Below, piece after piece: positions 19,386-29,226 of a stretch of 52,086 bases of DNA (positions are counted from its first letter, which is position 1; the number at the start of each line of letters is the position of its first letter). The DNA is from Gemmatimonadota bacterium. Lineage in GTDB: Bacteria; Gemmatimonadota; Gemmatimonadetes; JACCXV01; JAHWKZ01. The position numbers and the translations under genes are program-made. Below the pieces are notes generated by a model. That model worked only from the letters and a program-made list of their open reading frames with translations. It ran no database searches and was not told where the DNA came from. The stretch is taken from positions 1 to 52,086 of the forward strand of contig JAICQP010000002.1 of the NCBI GenBank assembly GCA_025937815.1, given 5' to 3'.

Positions 19386-19892
19386 TCAGTCGATGGGGCT
19401 GCCCTGATTGTGCACCATGATCCAGCGGCCATCCCGCCGCACGAAGACCTTGACGAGCCGGTTGCGCCGTTGCGGCTCCCCCTCGCGCCCGAGCGTGAGG
19501 ACGAACGAGAGAATCGCCGTGTCGCCGTAGATGCGAACCTCGATATCCGAAGGGGACAGGCGATCGGCCATACTGGCGGAGGCGAACCCGGCCAGCGCCT
19601 CGTCCTTGTCCGAAACCTCGCCGCGCGCGTTGACGCGCACGTAGTCCTCCGCGAGATAGGAGGCATAGGATTCCAGGTCGCGCTGATCGAGCAGATCGAT
19701 CAGGTGGTATTCGAGGGCTGCGATCTCGGCCATCGCTGCCGAATCGCCGTCTGCGCGGACGACGGTCTGGGCCGTTAGCGGCGTACCGGCGAGCGCGAGG
19801 AGGACAATGACCATGCAGAACCTCGCAATCATGCCTTGATTCCTTTCGTTCGTGGTTTGCGCTTCGAGGAACCGCGCGATCCCGTTCGCCAT
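19386..19892 (-). CDS. SnoaL/DUF4440-like (NTF2-fold) secreted protein
   Basis: Signal peptide MIARFCMVIVLLALAGTPLTAQ, and a C-terminal VFVRRDGRWIMVHNQ typical of the NTF2-like fold. The start is either ATG 19892 (ATGA overlap with the cyclase stop) or ATG 19832. The stop is 1 nt before the gatB ATG. Confidence 0.5.
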   Translation of the reverse strand: MANGIARFLEAQTTNERNQGMIARFCMVIVLLALAGTPLTAQTVVRADGDSAAMAEIAALEYHLIDLLDQRDLESYASYLAEDYVRVNARGEVSDKDEALAGFASASMADRLSPSDIEVRIYGDTAILSFVLTLGREGEPQRRNRLVKVFVRRDGRWIMVHNQGSPID

Positions 19893-21916
19893 CAGAGCCG
19901 CATCCGGCGCACGAGGGAATCGAACCGCGGATCGGACCGGAGTTCGTCGAGACGTGGATCGACCTTCAGGTAGACCATGCGGGGGGAGCGCTTCGCATAG
20001 GCCTCTTCCAGCAAAGCGAAGGCGCGCTCGGTATCTCCCAGACCGGCATGGATCACCGCAACGTCGTAGCTGGTCTGGTCCCCCATCGCCTCCAGCCTGC
20101 GCGCGACGTCGAGCGCCTCGCGCTCGTGACCGAGCTCGGCGTATACGAAGCCGACGAAGCCCATCAGAAAGGCATCAGACCCCCGTTCCGCGATCGCCCG
20201 TTCGCACTGGACGAGGGCCTCCGCGTTCCTTCCCTGGAGCTGATAGGCCCGCGCCAGGAAGCCGTGATATCCGGACATCCTCCCGGCCATCGCCTCCAAT
20301 GCCCTGCCCGGATCGCGCGCGAACAGGTAATGCCAGCCGAGATGCGAGCGGATCGCATCGTCGTATGGGGAGATCTCGAGAGCGCGCAGGCTTTCATCCA
20401 GCGACTCCCGTGTTCGGCCCATGGCCGTCAGGTAGTGCGAATAGGCGTGCGCCGCCTCGGCATTGCGCGGATCGAGCTCCACCGCTCGCTCGAACGCTCG
20501 ACCGGCGGCCTCCCAATCCCAGTCCTGGTTGAAGAGCAGATTGGCGAGGGATTTGTGCGCCTCGGACAGCTGGGGATCGAGCCCCAGCGACCTCTGTATC
20601 GCCGCCCTTTGCTTCTCGAGAGTCTCCGCCGCTGTCCGGAAGCCGCGGATCCTGAGCGACTCGTAGGAGTCCGCCAGACCGGTGTAGGCGACCGCATACG
20701 TCGTGTCGGCGCGGATGGCGGCCTCGAAGAGTTCGATACCCCTCATCGTCGACTCATAGGTGCGCTGGCTCCAGAAGAACCGGCCTTGCAGGTAGAGCCG
20801 GTACGCTTCCGGGTCGCCGGTGCGTCGGGGCACGATCCGGCCGGACGTCACCAGCTCGGGCTCCAGCTCGGCGACGATGGCGCGCGCGATCTCCTCCTGG
20901 ATCGCGAAGACGTCGGCCATTTCGCGATCGTACGTCTCGGACCACAGGTGGTAGCCGTCGTCCACGTCGATCAGCTGCGCGGTGATCCGCAGGCGACCGC
21001 CGGCTACCCGGACGCTCCCCTCCATCACCGTACCGACCCCGAGCCTGCGACCGATGTCCCGTACATCGAGATTCTTCCCCTTGTAGGCGAAGGCGGAAGT
21101 GCGGGAAACGACATCGAGCCCTTCGATTCGCGTCAGCGCGTTGATGAGCTCTTCCGTCATGCCGTCGCCGAAGTACTCCTGGTCTCCGCCGGGGCTGAGA
21201 TCGGCGAAGGGGAGGACCGCGATCGAAGAAGCCGCTTCGGCGGACGTCGGACCCTTCCATTCGCGACTCGAGAGCCACCAGCCGACGGCGACGACACCCA
21301 CCGCGACCGCGCCGGCGAGCGCGACCCTGCGTCCGCGCCCGGAATGGCGCGGCTTCTCGTCCGACTCCACAGGCTCCCCATGGGCCTCCTCGGGTGCTCT
21401 TCCCACGGAGTAGATCTGGACCGGCTCCTCCAGGCCCGGGAGCGTCCGCTCGCCGAGCGCCTGACACTCGTAGCCGCTCCGCTGCCGGATCTGGCGCCAT
21501 ACGTCCTCGCTGACGACGACCTGACCCGGCTCGGCCTCGTCCTGGATCCGCGCGGCCGTGTTCACGCCGTCTCCATACACGTCTCCGTCGGGCTCGGAGA
21601 CGACCTCCCCGAGGTGGATCCCGATCCGCAGGTTCGCGTCCCTGCCTGCCAACGCGGCGCGGCTCTCGAACACCCCGCGGACGTCGAGCCCCGCCCGAAC
21701 GGCCGCGTCGGCGCTCGGGAAGATGGCCATTCCCCCGTCGCCCAGGAACTTTACGACCGTTCCTCCTCGCTCCCGGACGACCTTCCTCGTGATCGACTGG
21801 AAGGTCTCCTTCAGCTTGAGCGCCGCATCCTCGTCGCGGGACGCCAGGGCGGTGAAGCCGACGATGTCGGCGAACCAGACCGCCGCGAGCCGCCGCTCTC
21901 TCGCCTTCACGCTCAC
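19892..21916 (-). CDS. class III adenylate/guanylate cyclase fused to a TM segment, TolB-N-like periplasmic domain and TPR repeats
   Basis: Cyclase catalytic motifs [17 protein letters not shown] and [13 protein letters not shown] segment [17 protein letters not shown]. Then [10 protein letters not shown]...[11 protein letters not shown] (TolB-like). The C-terminal third has TPR-like repeats. GTG at 21916 overlaps the gatA stop (GTGA). Confidence 0.8.
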   Translation of the reverse strand: MSVKARERRLAAVWFADIVGFTALASRDEDAALKLKETFQSITRKVVRERGGTVVKFLGDGGMAIFPSADAAVRAGLDVRGVFESRAALAGRDANLRIGIHLGEVVSEPDGDVYGDGVNTAARIQDEAEPGQVVVSEDVWRQIRQRSGYECQALGERTLPGLEEPVQIYSVGRAPEEAHGEPVESDEKPRHSGRGRRVALAGAVAVGVVAVGWWLSSREWKGPTSAEAASSIAVLPFADLSPGGDQEYFGDGMTEELINALTRIEGLDVVSRTSAFAYKGKNLDVRDIGRRLGVGTVMEGSVRVAGGRLRITAQLIDVDDGYHLWSETYDREMADVFAIQEEIARAIVAELEPELVTSGRIVPRRTGDPEAYRLYLQGRFFWSQRTYESTMRGIELFEAAIRADTTYAVAYTGLADSYESLRIRGFRTAAETLEKQRAAIQRSLGLDPQLSEAHKSLANLLFNQDWDWEAAGRAFERAVELDPRNAEAAHAYSHYLTAMGRTRESLDESLRALEISPYDDAIRSHLGWHYLFARDPGRALEAMAGRMSGYHGFLARAYQLQGRNAEALVQCERAIAERGSDAFLMGFVGFVYAELGHEREALDVARRLEAMGDQTSYDVAVIHAGLGDTERAFALLEEAYAKRSPRMVYLKVDPRLDELRSDPRFDSLVRRMRL

Positions 21917-23370
21917 GCCGACGGCGCCTCCCGTTCGAGGAACCGCGCGATCTCGAACAGGCGCCGCTCGGCGAAGTCCGGCCCCATGAGCTGGATCCCG
22001 ATCGGAAGCGCCGGACGATCCGGACGCGCGGGCGTTCTCCCCCACGGCAGCGAGATCGCTGGGATCCCGGCCAGGTTCGCGCTCACCGTGTAGATGTCGT
22101 TCAGGTACATGGCGAGTGGGTCCTCGGCTTTCTCGCCGATCGGGAACGCGGGCGTGGGGGTCGTAGGCGTCAGGATCGCGTCCACCCGCTCGAACGCCGC
22201 CTCGAAATCGGCCCGGATCCGCGCCCGGACCGCCGTTCCCTTTCCGTAGAACGCATCGTAGTAGCCGGCCGACAGCACGTACGTGCCGAGCATGATCCGC
22301 CGCTTGAGCTCCGCGCCGAACGCGGCCCGGGTCTTCAGGTACATCGACGACAACTCGCTCGACTGGGCGCGGAGCCCGTACCGAACGCCGTCGTAGCGGG
22401 CGAGGTTCGAGGAGGCCTCGGCGATGGCGACCGTGTAGTAGACTGCGATGCCGTACGGAGAGTGGGGCAGCGACACCTCGACGATCTCCGCTCCCGCCTC
22501 CGCCAACCGGTCGCGCGCGGCCTCGCAAGCGGCGAGGATGGCCGGGTCCAACCCTTCGCCGAAGTACTCGGCGGGCCAGCCGATCCGGATGCCGGCGGGG
22601 TCGGTGTCGTCGAGTCCCGCGCTCAGATCGCCGACCGGCTCCGGCGCGGACGTCGCGTCATGGGGATCGGAGCCCGCGATGACGGAGAGGGCGAGCGCGG
22701 CGTCCTCGACGGTCGTGCCCACGGTCCCGATCTGGTCCAGGCTGGACCCGAACGCGACCAGCCCGTAGCGGGAGACTCGCCCGTACGTGGGCTTGACCCC
22801 GACGGTTCCGCAGAAGGCGGCCGGCTGACGCACCGAGCCTCCCGTTTCGCTCCCCAGCGCCACCGGCACGCAGCCGGTCGCCACCGCCACGACGGATCCC
22901 CCCGACGAGCCTCCCGGCACCCGGGTCGGGTCGTGCGGGTTCCGCGACGGGCCGAACGCGGAGTTCTCGGTGGAGGAGCCCATCGCGAACTCGTCCAGGT
23001 TCGTCTTCCCGATCACGATCGCGCCGGCTTCGCGCAGCCGGGCGATCGCGGTCGCGTCGAAGGGCGAGACGTAGGGCTCGAGGAGGCGCGAGCCGCAGGT
23101 CGTCGGCCCGCCGGCGACCGCGATGTTGTCCTTTACCGCGACCGGCACGCCCGCGAGCGGCAGCGCGCTTCCGTCCCCGGCGGCAATCCGCCGGTCGACC
23201 TCGGCGGCCTCCCTCCGGGCGCGCTCCTCGCGCAGCGACAGGAACGCGTGCAGGTCCTCGATCTCGGTCGCTCGCTCGAGGGCTGTCTCGATGGCGTTCG
23301 CCGCGCTCGTCTCCCCCGCGCGCACGGTCCGGGCCAGGGCTACCGCGGTTCGCGGATGACCCGGACTCAC
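21913..23370 (-). CDS. gatA: Asp-tRNA(Asn)/Glu-tRNA(Gln) amidotransferase subunit A
   Basis: Amidase signature [12 protein letters not shown]...[12 protein letters not shown] and VAVKDNI. GTG at 23370 overlaps the gatC stop (GTGA). Upstream track codons are read-through. Confidence 0.95.
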   Translation of the reverse strand: MSPGHPRTAVALARTVRAGETSAANAIETALERATEIEDLHAFLSLREERARREAAEVDRRIAAGDGSALPLAGVPVAVKDNIAVAGGPTTCGSRLLEPYVSPFDATAIARLREAGAIVIGKTNLDEFAMGSSTENSAFGPSRNPHDPTRVPGGSSGGSVVAVATGCVPVALGSETGGSVRQPAAFCGTVGVKPTYGRVSRYGLVAFGSSLDQIGTVGTTVEDAALALSVIAGSDPHDATSAPEPVGDLSAGLDDTDPAGIRIGWPAEYFGEGLDPAILAACEAARDRLAEAGAEIVEVSLPHSPYGIAVYYTVAIAEASSNLARYDGVRYGLRAQSSELSSMYLKTRAAFGAELKRRIMLGTYVLSAGYYDAFYGKGTAVRARIRADFEAAFERVDAILTPTTPTPAFPIGEKAEDPLAMYLNDIYTVSANLAGIPAISLPWGRTPARPDRPALPIGIQLMGPDFAERRLFEIARFLEREAPSA

Positions 23371-23645
23371 TCGATCACCCGCGGAACGCGGAAGAACCCC
23401 GCTTCGAAATCGGGAGCCGCTTCGTGGAGCGGGACCACGTCCGGCCACTCGGCGAGCGTGTCCTCGCGCAGCGGCTGGTCGGGCCTTTCCGGCTCGGCGG
23501 CCGATCCGGCCTCGAGCTCCTCCAGCTTCTCGACATACGCGAGGATCGTCGACAGCTCGCGCCGGAACTGCTCGACTTCCTCGTCGGTCAGCTCCAGGCG
23601 GGCCAGTCGTGCGATGTGGCGGACGTCTTCCGGAGATACGGTCAC
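23367..23645 (-). CDS. gatC: Asp-tRNA(Asn)/Glu-tRNA(Gln) amidotransferase subunit C
   Basis: 92 aa. [16 protein letters not shown]...ILAYVEKL is the GatC pattern, and it lies immediately upstream of gatA. Confidence 0.9.
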   Translation of the reverse strand: MTVSPEDVRHIARLARLELTDEEVEQFRRELSTILAYVEKLEELEAGSAAEPERPDQPLREDTLAEWPDVVPLHEAAPDFEAGFFRVPRVIE

Positions 23646-23773
23646 GGAGCGGGAAGATAGAGGCCGGCGCCCCGGCGCGCAGGGCGGCCAGAACCCGATA
23701 CACTCCGGTCACACAATCGGAGTATCTTGAAGTCCCGATCGTGCCCGGAACCGTCCACCGGCGGAGAGATTTC

Positions 23774-25354
23774 ATGCAGGACAGGCGCTCCGCTCCCCCC
23801 GACCTCTCCCCGGGCTTTCCCCTGCGGGTCGGCGTCGTCGACATGGGCTCCAACGCGATCCGGTTCGTGATCGCGGATTTCATCGCGCCCACTACATGGA
23901 CCCCGCTGGTCAGCGAGCGGATACCCGTCCGGCTCGCCGATCGCGCATCGGAGACCGGCCTCCTGTCCGAGGAGGCGATGGATGCGGCCGTGGCCGTCAT
24001 GGCGCGATTCCGGGACGCCCTGGCGGAGCGGGACGTCCGGCACTACCGGGCGGTCGCGACGAGCGCGGTCAGGGAGAGCGGGAATCGGCGCGCGCTGGTA
24101 AAGAGGGTGCGGGAGCGAACGGGTCTCCGGCTGGAGGTGATCTCCGGCGCCGAGGAGGCACGCCTCGTGCACCAGGCCGCACGGGTCCGGGTTCCTCTGG
24201 GGAACAGGCCCTGGCTGATGGCCGATCTGGGCGGCGGCAGCCTCGAGATCGCGATCGTCGACGGCGAGGGGATCAAGACCCTGGAGTCGTTCGCCATCGG
24301 CACGGTCCGCCTGCTGGAGGAGTTCCGCAGCGAAACCGCCGGGGCGGATAGAATCAGGAGGCTCCTCGACGAATACGTCGCAGGACTCCGATTCGACTCC
24401 TTCGGGGCACGTCCAGAGGTAGCGGGATACATCGCGACCGGCGGCAACATCGACGACCTTGCCCGCGTGGCGGGCGCCAGCCCCGACGATGACGGAGTCT
24501 ACCTCCTGGACCTGGGCGACCTGAAGAAGGCGATCGAGACGCTGAACGAAATGTCGGTCGAAGAGCGAATCGAGGAGTTCGAGCTCCGCGAGAACCGCGC
24601 CGACGTGATCGTGCCGGCGGCGATGATCTATGCGCGGCTCGCCGAGCGCTTCGGAGTCTCCCGGATCCATGTCCCCAACGTGGGCGTCAAAGAGGGCGCG
24701 ATGATCGACCTGGTCGACGTCGTCACGGGTGGCGAAGGACACGGAAGACGGCGCGCGCGCGAGGTCGTGGCCGGAGCCGTGGCGCTGGGCCGCCGCTTTC
24801 ATTTCGAGGAGCAGCACGGTGTCCACGTGGCCCGCCTCTCGGAGCTCCTGTTCGACGCTCTCGCGGACGACCATCACCTCGACGAGAGGGATCGCGAGAT
24901 CCTCGTCGCCGCGGCGATCCTCCACGACATAGGCCAGCGGATCGCCTACAAGCGCCATCACAAGCACTCCTACTACCTGATATCGGAATCGGAGCTTCCC
25001 GGCCTCGACCTGGACGAAGTCGAGCTCGTCGCCAACGTCGCCCGCTACCACCGGCGCGCCGACCCCTCCACGAAGCACCCTCCCTACGAGGCGCTGTCCG
25101 AGGAGGATCAGGAGCGCGTCACCAGGCTCTCGGCTATCCTGCGGGTCGCCGACGCCTTCGACCGGGAGCACGTCCAGAACGTCCGCGACATCGCGATCCA
25201 GCTCGACGACGAGCACATGGAGATCGAGCTCGAGGGAGAAGGCGACTTCGAGCTCGAGCGCTGGGCGCTGGAGCGCAAGAAGGGGCTGTTCGAGAAGACA
25301 TTCGGTCTCGAGATCGTCCTCGCCAACGAGGCGGTGAGAAGTGATTTCCCCTGA
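23774..25354 (+). CDS. ppx: exopolyphosphatase / pppGpp phosphohydrolase (Ppx/GppA family) with C-terminal HD domain
   Basis: ASKHA-fold motifs [15 protein letters not shown] and [12 protein letters not shown] region ILHDIG...[12 protein letters not shown] at 23774. Confidence 0.88.
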   Translation: MQDRRSAPPDLSPGFPLRVGVVDMGSNAIRFVIADFIAPTTWTPLVSERIPVRLADRASETGLLSEEAMDAAVAVMARFRDALAERDVRHYRAVATSAVRESGNRRALVKRVRERTGLRLEVISGAEEARLVHQAARVRVPLGNRPWLMADLGGGSLEIAIVDGEGIKTLESFAIGTVRLLEEFRSETAGADRIRRLLDEYVAGLRFDSFGARPEVAGYIATGGNIDDLARVAGASPDDDGVYLLDLGDLKKAIETLNEMSVEERIEEFELRENRADVIVPAAMIYARLAERFGVSRIHVPNVGVKEGAMIDLVDVVTGGEGHGRRRAREVVAGAVALGRRFHFEEQHGVHVARLSELLFDALADDHHLDERDREILVAAAILHDIGQRIAYKRHHKHSYYLISESELPGLDLDEVELVANVARYHRRADPSTKHPPYEALSEEDQERVTRLSAILRVADAFDREHVQNVRDIAIQLDDEHMEIELEGEGDFELERWALERKKGLFEKTFGLEIVLANEAVRSDFP

Positions 25355-25364
25355 GGGCCACGAC

Positions 25365-26099
25365 ATGCCGGGTCGCCTGATCGCCGTCGAAGGTGTGGAC
25401 GGCTCGGGCAAGTCGACGCAGATCGACCTGCTGCACAAGTGGCTCGTCGGACTGGGGTGCCGCGTCTTCTTCAGCGAGTGGAACTCCAGCCCGCTGGTCA
25501 TGGAAGCCACGAAAAAGGCCAAGCGCCGGCTGCTCCTGACCCCCACGACCTTCTGCCTCATCCACGCGACGGACTTCGCCGACCGCTACGAGCGGCAGAT
25601 CCTGCCCATGCTGAGGGCGGGCTACATCGTCCTCTGCGACCGGTACGTCTACACATCCTACGCGCGCGACAAGGCGCGGGGCTGCGACCCGGCCTGGCTG
25701 CGCGAGGTCTACGGCTTCGCCCAGCCTCCGGACATCACATTCTGGTATCACGTTCCGGTGGAAACCGCGCTGGACCGGCTGACGAAGTCCCGCAAAGAGC
25801 CCAACTACTTCGAGGCCGGAATGGATCTCGGCCTCTCGCTGGATCTTCGCGAGGGCTTCCGGATCTTCCAGGACCGCATCACGCGCAACTACGCCGAGAT
25901 GGTGGAGGAGTTCGGGTTCGTGACCATGGATGCCACGCTCCCCATCCACCACCAGCAGCAGGCCGCTCGCAAGCTCATCCAGGAGCGCATCGACCTGAGC
26001 GCATATCCGTCCCGCATCGAGCGCGTGGTGCACGACCAGTACGGCATCCCGCCGCCCGTCTTCGAGGAGGACCTGATCGACGCCGAGGGCGAGTGGTGA
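25365..26099 (+). CDS. thymidylate-kinase-like P-loop kinase, paralogue 1 (canonical Walker A)
   Basis: VEGVDGSGKSTQ and LCDRYVYTSYARD (DRY). It lacks the REPG motif of true Tmk. ATG at 25365 has GAGGG 8 nt upstream; GTG at 25341 is an alternative that overlaps the ppx end. Confidence 0.75.
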   Translation: MPGRLIAVEGVDGSGKSTQIDLLHKWLVGLGCRVFFSEWNSSPLVMEATKKAKRRLLLTPTTFCLIHATDFADRYERQILPMLRAGYIVLCDRYVYTSYARDKARGCDPAWLREVYGFAQPPDITFWYHVPVETALDRLTKSRKEPNYFEAGMDLGLSLDLREGFRIFQDRITRNYAEMVEEFGFVTMDATLPIHHQQQAARKLIQERIDLSAYPSRIERVVHDQYGIPPPVFEEDLIDAEGEW

Positions 26100-26137
26100 G
26101 CCACCGGACGTACCGCCACACGATCCCCGGCATCGAC

Positions 26138-26803
26138 ATGGAGGAGCTGAGCGGCCTGCTCATCGTCGTCGAAGGACCGGACTCGTCCGGGCGCTCGACC
26201 CAGATCTGGCTCCTGTCGCGCTGGCTCGAGCAGCTGGGGTTCGCCGTCGAGCAGATGGGCCTCAAGCGCAGCAAGCTCGTGGCCAACGAGCTCGAGCAGG
26301 CCAAGAACGGCAACGTGATGAGCCCGCGCACGATGGCGCTCTTCTACGCGACCGATTTCTACGACCAGCTCGAGAACCGCATCCTTCCCGCGCTGCGCGC
26401 CGGTTCCGTCGTGCTCGCCGACCGCTACATCTACACGCTCATGGCGAGGGACATGGTGCGGGGCGCCCCGTTCGAGTGGCTCGAGCCGCTGTATTCGATG
26501 GCGGTCGTCCCGGACGCCGTGTACCTGCTCGACACCTCGGCCGAGAACATCCTCGACCGCACCCTCTCGTCCCGCGGTGAGCTCGACTACTGGGAGTCCG
26601 GCATGGACCTGGGCCTTGCGCGGGACTGGTACCGGAGCTTCATGGTGTACCAGGAGGCCATGCGCGGGCAGTTCGAGCCGCTGATGTCCCGTTTCTCGAT
26701 CGACCGCGTCGACGGCGACCGCTCGATTCTGGACATCCACGAAGACCTGAAGTCCAGGATCGACCGGATCCTCACCGGATACGCGAACCCCCGTCAGGAC
26801 TAG
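26138..26803 (+). CDS. thymidylate-kinase-like protein, paralogue 2 (Walker A Lys replaced by Arg)
   Basis: VEGPDSSGRSTQ and LADRYIYTLMARD. It shares the paralogue-specific motifs ATDF..., ILPxLRAG and Y[FW]E[AS]GMDLGL with the upstream gene. The start is ATG 26138 or GTG 26096 (GTGA overlap with the upstream stop). Confidence 0.7.
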   Translation: MEELSGLLIVVEGPDSSGRSTQIWLLSRWLEQLGFAVEQMGLKRSKLVANELEQAKNGNVMSPRTMALFYATDFYDQLENRILPALRAGSVVLADRYIYTLMARDMVRGAPFEWLEPLYSMAVVPDAVYLLDTSAENILDRTLSSRGELDYWESGMDLGLARDWYRSFMVYQEAMRGQFEPLMSRFSIDRVDGDRSILDIHEDLKSRIDRILTGYANPRQD

Positions 26804-26805
26804 TG

Positions 26806-26834
26806 CGTCCCCGCCTCGGGGACGATTTGACTTT
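26806..26834 (+). terminator. intrinsic-terminator-like hairpin after the second Tmk-like gene
   Basis: cgtccccg-cct-cggggacg (8-bp stem, 3-nt loop) starts 3 nt after the TAG and is followed by ATTTGACTTT. Confidence 0.55.
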
Positions 26835-26907
26835 CGGTCGCCGGAAATCGATCCTCTGAGGCTCCCAGGACCACACTCGGACCACTCGATCCCCGAGGAT
26901 CAAGCGC

Positions 26908-27840
26908 ATGAAGCGAGATGACCGATCGCCGGGCCGCGGGGCAGCGGCGACCGCTGACACGCGATCCGAGAACGAGCGCCCCAGGAAGGAAGGGAAGGAG
27001 AAGGGAAAGAAGGACAAGAAGACGGACGAGCCGCGGACCCGGATCCGGAACAAGGTCTACGAACGCGAGCTCGCACGCCTCCAGCTCGAGCTCGCCAAGC
27101 TGCAGGAGTGGATCCGGCACGAAGGCCTGAGGGTGGTGGTCATCTTCGAGGGGCGGGACACGGCCGGCAAGGGCGGAGTGATCAAGCGGATCGTGGAACG
27201 GCTCAACCCCCGTGTTGTCCGCGTCGTCGCGCTACCGGCGCCGACCAAGCGGGAGCGGTCACAGTGGTACTTCCAGCGCTACGCCGCCCACCTCCCCGCA
27301 GCCGGTGAGATGACCCTCTTCGATCGCAGCTGGTACAACCGCGCCGGGGTCGAGCGCGTGATGGGATACTGCACCGAGGATGAGTACCAGGAGTTCCTGC
27401 GCGCCTGCCCAGAGTTCGAGCAGATGCTCATTCGCGACGGAATCATCCTGATCAAGTACTGGTTCTCGGTGAGCGAGGAGGAGCAGGAGAAGCGCTTCCA
27501 GGCGCGGATGAACGATCCCTTGAAGCGCTGGAAGCTCAGTCCCATGGATCTCGAAGCGAGGTCCAAGTGGCTGGAGTACTCGCGGGCCAAGGACGAGATG
27601 TTCCTCCACACCGACATCCCGCAGGCGCCTTGGTACGTCGTGAACGCCGACGTCAAGAAGCACGCCCGGCTCAACTGCATCGCGCACCTGTTGAAGCAGA
27701 TCCCGTACGAGGACCTGACGGCCATCCCCAAGACGGATCTGCCGCCCCGGCCGAAGGCCAAGAAAAAGAAGAAGTACGAGCGGACCCCGTTCGAGGAACA
27801 GACGCTGGTCCCGGAAGTGTACGGGCCGGACAGCCAGTAG
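26908..27840 (+). CDS. ppk2: polyphosphate kinase 2 (single-domain PPK2) with Lys-rich N-terminal extension
   Basis: FEGRDTAGKGG Walker-A-like motif, DRSWYNRAGVERV, and WKLSPMD...W lid region. The N-terminal roughly 45 aa are highly basic (KEGKEKGKKDKK). ATG at 26908 is preceded by GAGGA. Confidence 0.9.
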   Translation: MKRDDRSPGRGAAATADTRSENERPRKEGKEKGKKDKKTDEPRTRIRNKVYERELARLQLELAKLQEWIRHEGLRVVVIFEGRDTAGKGGVIKRIVERLNPRVVRVVALPAPTKRERSQWYFQRYAAHLPAAGEMTLFDRSWYNRAGVERVMGYCTEDEYQEFLRACPEFEQMLIRDGIILIKYWFSVSEEEQEKRFQARMNDPLKRWKLSPMDLEARSKWLEYSRAKDEMFLHTDIPQAPWYVVNADVKKHARLNCIAHLLKQIPYEDLTAIPKTDLPPRPKAKKKKKYERTPFEEQTLVPEVYGPDSQ

Positions 27841-27843
27841 AGC

Positions 27844-28740
27844 TCAGACAGTAGTCGGGATCGGCTCCACCGTAAGCTCGCCCTTCTCCAGCCGGTAACT
27901 CCGCTCCTCCGCCGCCACCGACACCGTCACCGCCGATCCGTCCCGCTTGGCGAGCGCTTCGGCGAGGATTCGCTCCAGCTCCTCGTCCTCGCGAACCGGA
28001 TCGTGGTGGAAGAGCACCACGTGCTTCGCGCCCGCCATCGCGGCGAAGGCCAGCACCTGGTCGACCGAGCTGTGGCCCCACCCCACGTGGCTGGCATACT
28101 CCCTGGCCGTGTACTGGGCATCGTGGATCAGGATGTCCGCCCCGCGCGCGAGCGAGTACCCCGATGTCCACATCGGATCTCCGGGGAAATCCCTCACCCC
28201 GAGCGCCGGCTCGTGGTCGGGCAGGTAGGCTATCACCCCGTCCGGACTCTCGATTCGGAACCCCACGGTCGCCCCCGGATGGCAGACGAACGCCGAGGTC
28301 ACGCGGAAGTTCCCCACCGTCAGGTCCTCCCGGGGGACGTCGTGCAGCAGGATCCGGCTCGGCAGGCTCCGGAGATGCACCGGAAAGAGCGGCGGCGACA
28401 GGTAGCGGGACAGCCGCTGGCGCAGTGGCCGGGCCGTGCTCGCGGGGCCCCAGATGTGGATCTCCATCTCCGGTTCGTAGAGCGGGGTGAAGAACCCCAG
28501 ACCCTGGATATGGTCCATGTGGAGGTGCGTCAGGAGGATGTCGATCCGGTTCGCGAGGCCGTTCTCGCACGGCGAGCCGCTCTTGAGAGCCGCGCCCAGG
28601 CGGCGGATCCCGGTCCCCGCGTCGAGCACGAGCAGGGCGCCGGAGTCGCAGCGCACCTCGACACAGGAGGTGTTGCCACCGTAGCGCCGGCTCTCGGGTC
28701 CGGGCGCGGGAAGCGAGCCGCGCGTCCCCCACGGAGTCAC
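27844..28740 (-). CDS. MBL-fold metallo-hydrolase
   Basis: THLHMDHIQG (HxHxDH), with later His/Asp ligand contexts (FVCHPG, HDAQY, GHSS, FHHDP). GTG at 28740 gives the N-terminus (V)TPWGTRGSLP. The upstream part of the track ORF is in frame but belongs to the PAS-gene region in another frame. Confidence 0.8.
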   Translation of the reverse strand: MTPWGTRGSLPAPGPESRRYGGNTSCVEVRCDSGALLVLDAGTGIRRLGAALKSGSPCENGLANRIDILLTHLHMDHIQGLGFFTPLYEPEMEIHIWGPASTARPLRQRLSRYLSPPLFPVHLRSLPSRILLHDVPREDLTVGNFRVTSAFVCHPGATVGFRIESPDGVIAYLPDHEPALGVRDFPGDPMWTSGYSLARGADILIHDAQYTAREYASHVGWGHSSVDQVLAFAAMAGAKHVVLFHHDPVREDEELERILAEALAKRDGSAVTVSVAAEERSYRLEKGELTVEPIPTTV

Positions 28741-28748
28741 GGTGACGC

Positions 28749-29180
28749 CTATTCGACCTCCCAGAAGATCGCCAGGCCGCCCAGATGCTTGCCGGCGAGC
28801 CCGATGACGGGGATGCCGATCACCTCGATGTGGCGCGTGCTGTCGTCGAGGCCGTGGATGTACATCTCCGACCAGGCGGGACGGCCCTTCTCGAGGGCGA
28901 TCATCAAGGGGAGCTCGGACGACTCGATCGGGTTCCCCTGGGCGTCGGTGGGGCTGAAGACGTGGGACCACTCCTCGCGGAGCATCCGGCCGGTCTCCTC
29001 GAAGCGGATGCCGAGGACGGCTTCGGCCGCCTCGTTGTAGTACAGGAGGTCGCCCCGGGGGTCCACCAGGAACATGGGGACGCCCAGATAGCTGATCAGC
29101 TGGCGGCCGAGGATCAGCTCGATCGCCATCTGCGGGTTCAGCCGCGGCTCGGCTTCGGAATTTCTCTCCGGGATCGTCAT
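28749..29180 (-). CDS. stand-alone PAS-domain protein
   Basis: 143 aa. VPMFLVDPRGDLLYYNEAAEAVLG...IEVIGIPVIG...GGLAIFWE follows a PAS fold pattern. Its stop is 8 nt before the MBL gene start. Confidence 0.55.
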   Translation of the reverse strand: MTIPERNSEAEPRLNPQMAIELILGRQLISYLGVPMFLVDPRGDLLYYNEAAEAVLGIRFEETGRMLREEWSHVFSPTDAQGNPIESSELPLMIALEKGRPAWSEMYIHGLDDSTRHIEVIGIPVIGLAGKHLGGLAIFWEVE

Positions 29181-29226
29181 GGGGCGTCCTGCACGATAAT
29201 GGCAAGAATCGCGCCCGGAAAGGCCT

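Noticed and set aside
25341-26803. The two Tmk-like genes interpreted as duplicate true thymidylate kinases.
   Set aside because: A canonical tmk with REPG and standard motifs already exists at 2142..2846. The tandem pair lacks REPG and shares its own motif set. They are therefore kept as 'Tmk-like, function unknown' and not called tmk.
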